DNA of 14,461 nucleotides from Octopus sinensis (GCF_006345805.1 NW_021825786.1:1-14461); one strand, 5' to 3'. Shown: positions 1 through 8,799, numbered from the stretch's first letter. The notes: generated by a model not told the origin, from the letters alone. Made by a program: numbers and translations.

Positions 1-381
1 TAACAATCCATTTTAATAACCGATAACGAATTGAACTTGAAAAATTTACAAAATTCTTGTCAAAAACCAATTAGATCTTGTCTTCACATTTTTTTTCTTC
101 TTCTTGTTGTTCTGCAAGATAACTGAAAACTCATCAACTAATGAGATTGGAGGAAACTGTCATACAACGACGATACGTTTTAAGTCACAACAGCTGGAGT
201 GGAGGCTTGCAAAAGCGTTATGTTAGATAGCTGCTGAACGAGCGAATTAAAATGGCCGTGACCGCATAATGTGCCGACACATTAACTCATATATTTGACC
301 TAAAAACAGACAAACCAGACATAAATGTGTAATCAATGTATCATAAGAAATATATTCTCATAGCCTGGTTAAGTCATAACT

Positions 382-1124
382 TGCCCTCCGTCGGCTACGA
401 CGACGAGCGCTCCAGTTGGTCCGGTCAATAGAACTGCCTGTTCGTGAAATTAACGTGCAAAATACTCAGTGTGGTTGAGTGGTAAGTTGCTTGCTTACCA
501 GCCACATGGTTCCGGGTTCAGTCCCACTGCGTGGCACCTTGGGCAAGTGTCTTCTGCTATAGCCTCGGGCCGACCAATGCCTTGTGAGTGGATTTGGTAG
601 ACAGAAACTGAAAGAAGCCTGTCGTATATATGTATATATATATATATATGTATGTGTGTGTATATGTTTGTGTGTCTGTGTTTGTCCCTCTAGCATTGCT
701 TGACAACCGATGCTGGTGTTTTTACGTCCCCGTCACTTAGCGGTTCGGCAAAAGAGACCGATAGAATAAGTACTGGGCTTACGAAGAATAAGTCCCGGGG
801 TCGATTTGCTCGACTAAAGGCGGTGCTCCAGCATGGCCGCAGTCAAATGACTGAAACAAGTAAAAGAGTAAATGAGTAAAAAGAGAAAAGAGAGTGTTCC
901 ACAGACACGTGTACCCTTAACGTAGTTCTCGTGGGTATTCAGCGTGATACACAATGTGACAAGGCTGGCCCCTTGAAATACGGGTACTGCTCATTTTTGC
1001 TACCCGAGGGAACTGGAGCAACGTGAAATAAACTTGTGTCAAGATCACAACCCGCTGCCAAGAATTGAACTCACGACCGTACGATCGCGAGCTGAATACC
1101 TTAGCCACTAAGCTATGCACCTTC
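382..1124 (-). mobile_element. tRNA-derived SINE, group B (old copy), interrupted by a group A SINE; pieces at ~382-460 and ~892-1124
   Basis: The reverse complement of 990-1124 has an A-box-like TAGCTTAGTGG and a B-box-like GAGTTCAATTC. It aligns by eye with 14096-14240 (shared atttcacgttgctccagt...gcaaaaatgag). Continuity of 382-460 with 892 onward rests on my recollection of the octopus family consensus. Confidence 0.8.
471..893 (+). mobile_element. tRNA-derived SINE, group A, near full length with a slightly clipped 5' end
   Basis: Near-identical to 6722-7165 and to the reverse complement of 8988-9417. A box TGGTTGAGTGG, B box GGTTCAGTCCC, internal (TA)n(TG)n tract at ~625-675, and an (AAAAGAGT)-type tandem tail. 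Confidence 0.92.
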
Positions 1125-1125
1125 A

Positions 1126-1465
1126 TTGATGCAAGGTCGGGCCCAGCTGGAGTTTTCTTCTGGCCAAGTAGCCCCAAGCAGCTCAAAAGATTCCTGAGTA
1201 GGGAGTTACATAATGATGATGGACGAAACTCCCATGTTTCCAGGGGTTTGAATTATTCAAACCCCATAGAAATTCCTCTCAACACATGGCGAAGATACTC
1301 CCACTACTACTCCTGCACGTGGCCATGAGATACACGTATCATCAGCCACCAAGGGACTTGCTCAACTGGTTACGGTCAAGCAACTGACAAGCAAATCTGT
1401 GGTATTGAGCAGAGTATTAGCTGTAGCACATCTTTTATACCCAATCCGAAGCCATGACAGCCGTT
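1126..1465. repeat. Probable fragment of an interspersed repeat of uncertain class
   Basis: Motifs such as gctcaactggttacggtcaagcaactgacaagcaaatctgtggtattgagcaga resemble a repeat I recall from octopus genomic DNA. There is no second copy in the window to confirm it. Confidence 0.4.
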
Positions 1466-1467
1466 GC

Positions 1468-1476
1468 GTAGTAGTT

Positions 1477-1547
<71 letters not shown>

Positions 1548-1620
1548 GGTGGTGGTGGTGGTGGTGGTGATGATGGTGGTGGTGGTGGTGATGGTGGTGA
1601 TGGTGGTGATGGTGGTAGTA

Positions 1621-1668
<48 letters not shown>

Positions 1669-1732
1669 ATGGTGGTGATGGTGGTGATGGTGGTGGTGGT
1701 GGTGGTGATGGTAGTAGTAGTAGTAGTAGTAG
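1468..1732. repeat. Compound trinucleotide microsatellite (GTA)n/(GGT)n/(GAT)
   Basis: Directly visible; GTA blocks alternate with GGT/GAT blocks in one register. Confidence 0.98.
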
Positions 1733-1741
1733 ATGGATATA

Positions 1742-1943
1742 TTTCTAATTTAGACGCAAGGCCAGAAGGCAAGAAGACTTAATCGATTACATCGACCCCC
1801 CCCCCAGTGCTTGGCTGTGGCACATCATTTTATCGACCCCGTTGGGATGAAAGGCAAAGTTGACCTCCGCGCTATTTAAACTCATAACATAAAGCGCCAA
1901 AAGAAATACTGCAATGCTTTTTGTTCGACGCACTAACGAGTCT
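1742..1943 (-). mobile_element. SINE group D, old diverged copy 1
   Basis: Contains tcgattacatcgacccc, tatcgacccc and gatgaaaggcaaagttgacctc, as in 13466-13698. Confidence 0.8.
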
Positions 1944-2155
1944 TTTTACTATAGGCACAAGGCCAAAGCATTTTGGAGGAAGAACTATCCGGTTACAACG
2001 AACCCAGTCCTCAACTAGTACATATTTTATCGACCCCCGCAAAAAAAAAAAGGCAAATTTGTCCACATCGGAATTTGAACTCAGAACACGAAGACGAATG
2101 AAATGCCGCAAAGCATATGACCGGTACGCTAATGCTTCTGCCAGCTGGCCGTCTT
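1944..2155 (-). mobile_element. SINE group D, old diverged copy 2
   Basis: ggaatttgaactcagaac (reverse complement of B box GTTCAAATTCC), head end ttctgccagctggccg, and tail type tactataggcacaaggcc. Confidence 0.85.
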
Positions 2156-2159
2156 AGCA

Positions 2160-2303
2160 ATAATCCTTTCTACGTGGACCCCAGTGCGTAACTGGTACTT
2201 ATTTCATCGACCTTGAAAGGATGAAAGACAAAGCCGACCTCGGTGGAATTTGAACTCAGAACGAAATGCCAGTATGCGTTTCCTCCTTCGTGATAACGTT
2301 TCT
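2160..2303 (-). mobile_element. SINE group D, copy 3 with internal deletions; its head probably continues at 2479-2494
   Basis: gaccccagtgcgtaactggtactta...gaaaggatgaaag...ggaatttgaactcagaacg matches 13544-13632. Confidence 0.85.
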
Positions 2304-2494
2304 TATTTCTTTACTACCCACAAGGGGCTAAACACAGAGGTGACGAACAAGGACAGACAAAGGGATTAAGTCGATTATATCGACCCCAGTGCGTAACTGG
2401 TACTTAATTTATCGACCCCGAAAGGATGAAAAGCAAAATCGACCTCGGCGGAATTTCGCCCTGCGTGATAACGTTTCTGCCAGTTTGCCACCTT
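2304..2494 (-). mobile_element. SINE group D, younger-tail copy 4 with a disrupted B box
   Basis: tttctttactacccacaaggggctaaacacagagg...gggattaagtcgat is nearly identical to 13469-13538. About 42 nt of the head present at 13621-13662 is missing. Confidence 0.9.
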
Positions 2495-2700
2495 GGCAAT
2501 GATAATTATAATTGCGGGCCTTGTGCCAAAGTTTGATACAAATATTTGTAGGTAATAAAACATGGCCTATACGATAGAATGGAATGGCTATACTGTAACT
2601 CAAGTTACATATCAAGTAAGTACTTAGTACTCTGTGTTGACATATTTTTCATCTCACGCAGTTTGACAAAAGTGGGTCGTTTTACTCAACCATACACACA

Positions 2701-2787
2701 GTCTCTCTATCTCTCTCTCGCACTCTTTCTCCATATAAATGTATGTATGTATGTATCTATTTATCAATCAATCTGTCTCTCTGTCTT

Positions 2788-2838
<51 letters not shown>

Positions 2839-2860
2839 GTTTGTCTGTCTATCTTTCTTA
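2701..2860. repeat. Compound microsatellite (TC)n/(ATGT)n/(TCTA)n, with a pure TCTA core at ~2788-2838
   Basis: Directly visible. Confidence 0.95.
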
Positions 2861-3687
2861 TAAAATACAGGTGTTATACTTAACGGCGAAATCAATATTA
2901 AAACAATGAGATTTTTTGTCTAGATATTTTAAGACTCTATAGCTTCCTCGCTTGTCTCTTCTCTCCAAAATAACCACACAGATACTATTTCAAATCGAAA
3001 TATAGTCACTAATAATGTTAGACAACCACGAACGAATGGAACGGAGGAAGGGTGTTAAAATATTACAGAATTCAGTAAAGGATCTTTTCTACGGTTGACC
3101 CAAATCTCGGGATGCAGTCTAAACAGAATATTGAATTTTCTGTGACATATTGAACGCACTGTGATATCTTGCAATCGATGACCTCCACTGGTTCTTTTTT
3201 ATTATTTTTTTTATTATTTTTTTTTCGTTTTTTTTTCTCATGATTCCACAGATCACTACATTATCTCATTTCTGTCAATATCAAGAACGGTGGTGATGAA
3301 TGAGACAGCGTTTAGTAAAACCCATTTTGAGAATGATTGTTTTTTTATTCTTATCGAACAAAAACATAAATACCAATAACGTGCAGACGTTAAGCCAATC
3401 CACCTCAGCGCCCCCTATAATATAGTGTATCTTTTCCTACGCTATGGCCAGCACTGGCGAACGGCGATAAAATTCCAGTGAGTCCTACACATCAGTTTCA
3501 ATTTCCGTTTAACAACAATTTCATATCATTTACGTGGCTATTGCATATGGCAAAGAGTAAACGTCACAAATGTGAAGCCTTTCTTTTGTCATTTTAAATG
3601 GATCATTGGACGCTAATTTGGAGCGTAGGTTGTTCAGTTGATCGAACAACTAAATAAATTTTGATGGCAGCGCACATCATCTATACG

Positions 3688-4364
3688 TGTATGTATGTAT
3701 GTATGCATGCGTGTATGTATGTATGTATGTACGCATGCATGCATGTATGTATGTATATATGCATGCATGTATGTATGTATGTATGTATGTATGTATGTAT
3801 GTGTGTATGTATGCATGTACGTATGTATGTATGTATGTATGTATGTATATATGCATGCATGTATGTATGTATGTATGTATGTATGTATGTATGTATGTAT
3901 GTATGTATGTATGTATGTGTGTATGTATGCATGTACGCATGCATGTATGTATGTATGTATATATGCATGTATGTATGTATGTATATATGCATGCATGTAT
4001 GTATGTATGTATGCATGTATGTATGTATGCATGTATGTATGTTTGCATGTATGCATGTATGTATGCATGCATGTACGCATGCATGTATGTATGTATGTAT
4101 ATATGCATGCATGTATGTATGTATGCATGCATGCATGCATGTATGTATGTATGTATGTATGCATGCATGTATGTATGTATGTATGTATGTTTGTATGTAT
4201 GTATGTATTATGATTGTATCTATGTATGTATGTATGTATGTATGTTTGTATGTATGTATGTATGCTTGTATGTATGTATGTATGTATATATGTATGTGTG
4301 TATGTATGCATGTTTGTATGTATGTGTGTATGTATGTATGTATGCATGCATGTATGTATGTATG
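3688..4364. repeat. Tetranucleotide array (ATGT)n with ATGC/ATAT/ACGC variant units, ~680 bp
   Basis: Directly visible; it generates the spurious MYVC/HTYI ORFs. Confidence 0.98.
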
Positions 4365-4366
4365 AA

Positions 4367-4434
4367 TACTCTTACTCTTTTTTTATTCTTTTACTTGTTT
4401 CAGTCATTCGACTGCGGCCATGCTGGAGCACCGC
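4367..4434 (-). mobile_element. SINE group A 3'-terminal fragment (~68 bp)
   Basis: ttttacttgtttcagtcattcgactgcggccatgctggagcaccgc matches 9022-9067 and the reverse complement of 820-865. Confidence 0.9.
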
Positions 4435-4436
4435 TC

Positions 4437-4452
4437 TGTGTGTGTGTGTGTG

Positions 4453-4496
<44 letters not shown>
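4437..4496. repeat. (TG)n dinucleotide microsatellite
   Basis: Directly visible. Confidence 0.98.
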
Positions 4497-4501
<5 letters not shown>

Positions 4502-4567
4502 GAGTTCTGTATGTAGACTGATTCGTAGCAGCTTCAACCCTATCGCAAATTTTCCACATTTTCAGCG

Positions 4568-5053
4568 TCTCAGAAAGGGAGGAAGCGACCATACTCCGGA
4601 ATATGCCAATACACAGATATAGAGAAATTAAGGCCAATATGCCGGATATAGCTATCAGAGATTATCAAGAAAAAAATGCTTTCTAATCGATGTATCAATA
4701 CCAACAGATGACAACGTTTCTCTAATAGCAACGGAGAAACTTTCAAAATAAAAAGACCTGGAAATAGAGGCAACTAGAATGTGGAGTCGAAAAGCAGAAA
4801 CAATTCCTATCATAATAGGTGCATTAGGCATGATAAAAAAATATTCAGACAAATACATAACAAAAACTCAGGACTTAAAAGTTTATATAACATACAGAAA
4901 ATAGCACTACTGGGCACTGCACACACCCTACGTAAAATACTTTCAATACAGTGAAAATAAGAGCACTACAACAACCCGCAGTACATACCCAAGGCACGCG
5001 GAGCTGCGCTCGGTGGTGCAGGGAAAGCACATGATAAAAAATACAACTACTGA
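4568..5053 (+). mobile_element. R4/Dong-like non-LTR retrotransposon 3' fragment, copy 1 (restriction-like endonuclease remnant plus 3' UTR)
   Basis: Hand translation across frameshifts gives ATILRNMPIH..REIKANMPDIAIRD / CFLIDVSIPTDDNVSL..TEKLSK*KDLEIE..RMW...ETIPIIIGALG / IQKIALLGTAHTLRKILSIQ*. This is the PD..D..K..K(Y) pattern of RLE domains. Homologous to 10357-10830 and 11179-11640. Confidence 0.88.
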
Positions 5054-6114
5054 AGAAGAAGAGAAGAAGAAGAAGAAGAAGAAGAAAGAAGAAGAGGGGG
5101 AGGAAGAAGAAGGAAGAGGGGGAGGAAGAGGGGGAGGAAGAAGAAGAAGAAGAGGAGGAGGAGGAGGAGGGGAGGAGGAAGAAGAGGAAGAGGGAGAGGA
5201 AGAAGAAGAAGAAGGGGGAGGAGTAGGAGGAGAAGGAGGAAGAAAAAGAAGAAGTGGAGGAGGAGGAGGAGGAGAAGGAAGAAGAAGAAGAGGAGGAGGA
5301 GGAGGAGGAAGAAGAAGAAGAAGAAGAAGAAGAGGAAGATGAAGATGAAGAAGAAGAGGAGGAGGAGGAGGAAGAAGAAGAAGAAGAAGAAGAGGAGGAA
5401 GATGAAGAAGAAGAGGAGGAGGAGGAGGAGGAAGAAGAAGAAGAAGAAGAAGAAGGAGAAGAGGAGGAGGAGGAGAAGGAAGAAGAAGAAGAAGAAGAAG
5501 AAGAGGAGGAGGAGGAGGAGGAGAAGGAGGAGGAGAAGGAGAAGAAGAAGAAGAAGAAGAGGAGGAGGGAGGAAGGAGGAGAAGGAAGAAGAAGAAGAAG
5601 AAGAAGAAGAAGAGGAGAGGAGGAGGAGAAAGAGAAGAAAAGAAGAAGAGGAGGAGGAGGAGGAGGAGGAGGAGGAGGAGAGAGGAGAAGAGAAGGAGAA
5701 AAAAGAAGAGAAGAAGAGGAGGAGGAGGAGGAGAAGGAAGAAGAAGAAGAGGAGGAGGAGGAGGAGGAGGAAGAAAGAAGAAGAAGAAGAGGAGGAGGAG
5801 GAGGAGGAGGAGGAGGAGGAAGAAGAGGAGAAAAGAAGAAGAAAGAAGAGGAGGAGGAGGAGGAGAAGGAAGAAGAAGAGAGAGGAGGAGGAGGAGGAGG
5901 AAGAAGAAGAAGGAGAAGAGGAGGAGGAGGAGAAGGAGAAGAAGAAGAAGAAGAAGAGGAGGAGGAGAAGGAAGAAGAAGAAGAAGAAGAGGAGGAGGAG
6001 GAGGAGGAGGAGGAGAAGGAAGAAGAAGAAGAAGAAGAGGAGGAGGAGGAGGAGGAAGAAGAAGAAGAAGAGGAGGAGGAGGAGGAGAAGGAAGAAGAAG
6101 AAGAAGAAGAAGAA

Positions 6115-6146
<32 letters not shown>

Positions 6147-6152
6147 AGAAGG

Positions 6153-6184
<32 letters not shown>

Positions 6185-6207
6185 GAGAAGACGACGACGA
6201 CGACGAC
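5052..6207. repeat. ~1.15-kb polypurine compound array (GAA)n/(GAG)n ending in (GAC)6
   Basis: Directly visible; almost entirely A and G on the + strand. Confidence 0.98.
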
Positions 6208-6721
6208 AGTCACCAGTCAACTTTTCACACGTGTTTAAGTGAAGTTGACGGTTTTCGTGTTGTTTCTGAATGGTTTGACTTCTGTCTTCTACGCTGCAAT
6301 CGCTTCAGTTTCAACCCTCGATCACAAATCAAAACACTTGTTATGAAACTATATCTCTGTAATTGAATTTAAAGATATAATTAAAATACAATAGCACATC
6401 AAATAATCGTAAATATTTTCACTTTAATTGACTTGATATGGCGTTCACAATCAGCCAAATAATCGATTGCCACAACAGCAAACCATTTTTATTTCATATT
6501 CCTTGTACCGTACAAAATTATATCTAAGATTTCTTAGCAACAACTTTCCTATTTGATATTCCTTCCAGAACGCGTATCTGGGCAATTTTCCTTAGTTATT
6601 GCTTTAAGGCAAGGGGTCGGGAAACATTTTAGTGCGGCGGGCAAGAATTACCAAAGAAAAAGGTCCGCGGGGGGATCAAAAGTTCTAACTCTTATATCTG
6701 TGTAAATCTTGTATATATCAT

Positions 6722-6902
6722 AGGAGCAGGAGTGGCTGTGTGGTAAGTAGCTTGTCTACCAACCACATGGTTCCGGGTTCCGTCCCACTGCGTGGCACCT
6801 TGGGCAAGTGTCTTCTACTATAGCCTCGGGCCGACCAAAGCCTTGTGAGTGGATTTGGTAGACGGAAACTGAAAGAAGCCCGTTTTATATATGTGTGTAT
6901 AT

Positions 6903-6939
<37 letters not shown>

Positions 6940-7165
6940 GCGTGTGTGTGTTTGTGTGTCTGTGTTTGTCCCCCTAGCATTGCTTGACAACCGATGCTGG
7001 TGTGTTTATGTCCCCGTTACTTAGCGGTTCGGCAAAAAGAAACCGATAGAATAAGTACTGGGCTTACAAAAGAATAAGTCCTGGGGTCGAGTTGCTCGAT
7101 TAAAGGCGGTGCTCCAGCATGGCCGCAGTAAAATGACTGAAACAAGTAAAAGAGTGAAAGAGTAA
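6722..7165 (+). mobile_element. tRNA-derived SINE, group A, full length
   Basis: A box TGGCTGTGTGG (6733-6743), B box GGTTCCGTCCC (6776-6786), internal (TA)n(TG)n, tail gtaaaagagtgaaagagtaaa; matches 471-893. Confidence 0.93.
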
Positions 7166-7189
7166 ATATCTATGTATAATTCGATATAC

Positions 7190-7495
7190 GTGGAGGCGCA
7201 ATGGCCCAGTGTTTAGGGCAGCGGATTCGCGGTCGTAGAATTGCGGTTTCGATTCCCAAATCGGGCGTTGTGAGTGTTTATTGAGCGAAAACACCTAAAG
7301 CTCCACTAGGCTCCGGCAGGGCGTGTGACGATCCCTGCTGTACTCTTTCGCCACAACTCTCTCTCACTCCTTCTTATGTTGGCCTGCTCGCATAGCCAGC
7401 GGGATGGCGTCATTTGAAGGATAAAACAATGCGAAGCGCATTGTGACCAGCGATGTGTAGCAACATCTGATAGCCTGGTCGTAAAAAAATTAAAA
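7190..7495 (+). mobile_element. tRNA-derived SINE, group C, full length with a 12-bp target-site duplication
   Basis: A box TGGCCCAGTGT (7202-7212), B box GTTTCGATTCC (7246-7256), A-rich tail, and direct repeat AATTCGATATAC at 7178-7189 and 7496-7507. Confidence 0.9.
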
Positions 7496-7632
7496 AATTC
7501 GATATACATTAATAAAGATAAGTTTAGCACATTATATTAAAAGAAAATATAGGAGGATCACTACCGTATTCTAACGTGTTTAAGGAACCCTTTATTGTTA
7601 AAAATTAGGTTAAAAAATATGGGAATTTCTTA

Positions 7633-8026
7633 TCTATATACATAAAACTGTAGTTGTGTGAGTGTCTGTCCCCTTCGATTTAGATTCCTAAATACTCCCA
7701 CATTTTGCGATGCAGTTTAACCAAAACCGGGTATCTTATACTCGTGATTCATATCGAGCCCTTCTGGGTATTAGCGCGCGTCTACGACGAGTCTACGATT
7801 TTAAAAATAATTTACCATAATTTTTTTCCATTTTCATGCATATTTTCTTAAAGGAAGTAACTCTCTAAAAATGTCTACGATGAGTCAACGATTTTTTAAA
7901 AAAAATTTACCATCATATTTTTTCCATTTTTAATGCATTTTTTGTTATTTTTTGGCTATAACTCTCTAAAAATGCTGTATAGTTATTTCCCTTACAAACC
8001 CGAGCAACGCCGGGCGATACTGCTAG
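7633..8026 (+). mobile_element. Non-autonomous Helitron-like element, copy 1
   Basis: Starts with TC after an A (7632) and ends CTAG before a T (8027). GC-rich hairpin CCCG(A)GC-AAC-GCCGGG at 7999-8014, just upstream of the CTAG. No TSD or TIR. Second copy at 8329-8731. Confidence 0.85.
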
Positions 8027-8258
8027 TACATTATAATCCTTTACAAAACCTTTTTTCCAAATTTTAAGCCGTAAAATACACGTTTAAAAATACGGTAATT
8101 ATGATTTTATCCAACATATTCCCTTTCTCAGATTCACACACCTATTGTAGCAGTCCTGTTTTTCTAAGCCCTGTAAAAGGACTCGGAAGGTTGGGTCTCC
8201 ATCTTAGCCTTTCGAGATACTCTTAAAGCCAATGAACTTTTCAGCACCCACCCGTATA

Positions 8259-8277
8259 ATACATACATACATACATA

Positions 8278-8324
<47 letters not shown>

Positions 8325-8328
8325 TATA
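8259..8328. repeat. (ATAC)n + (AT)n microsatellite
   Basis: Directly visible. Confidence 0.95.
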
Positions 8329-8731
8329 TCTTTATACTTTATATATAAAAGTCAAGTTGTGTGTCTGTCACCTACGATTTAGATTCCTAACTACTCCCAC
8401 ATTTTGCGGTGCAGTTAACCAAAAGTGGGAATCTTATAGTCGTGATTCATATCGAGCTTCTGGGTATTAGCGCGCGTCTACGATGAGTCTACGATTTAAA
8501 AAATAATTTACCATCATTTTTTTCCATTTTAATGCATTTTTTTCGCTATTATATAAGGGAAGTAACTCTTAAAAATGTCTACGATGAGTCAACGATTTTT
8601 AAAAAAATTTACCATAATATTTTTTTTTCCATTTTTTATGCATTTTTTGCTATTTTTGGCTATAACTCTCTAAAAATGCTTATATAGTTATTTCCCTTAC
8701 AAACCCGAGCAACGCCGGGCGATACTGCTAG
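8329..8731 (+). mobile_element. Non-autonomous Helitron-like element, copy 2
   Basis: A|TC start and the same 3' end as copy 1 (cttacaaacccgagcaacgccgggcgatactgctag|t); homology stops right after CTAGT. Confidence 0.85.
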
Positions 8732-8799
8732 TGTTGAATAAAATCATAATTTACTCTGATCCTCCTGTATTTTCTTTTACTCAAAGCCAGGAACTTTTC

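Noticed and set aside
355-378. tctcatagcctggt, resembling the SINE C tail end tctgatagcctggt
   Set aside because: The match is too short, and upstream homology was not convincing by eye.
1362-1782. Poly-T, poly-V and poly-S/G ORFs
   Set aside because: Translations of the (GTA/GGT)n microsatellite.
1742-2494. Recurring atcgacccc motifs at semi-regular spacing, read as a CRISPR-like array
   Set aside because: The intervening sequences are homologous SINE bodies, not unique spacers; the context is eukaryotic and there are no cas genes.
3634-4622. Long MYVC/HTYI repeat ORFs
   Set aside because: Stop-free frames of the (ATGT)n array on both strands.
4943-6366. Poly-E, poly-K/R and poly-L/P/F/S ORFs of up to 425 aa
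   Set aside because: A polypurine array has no stop codons in most frames; the register shifts freely and there is no domain or splice support.
7633-8731. Direct repeats around a short spacer, read as an LTR/TRIM element
   Set aside because: No TG...CA termini, primer-binding site, polypurine tract or TSD; the ends fit Helitron rules.
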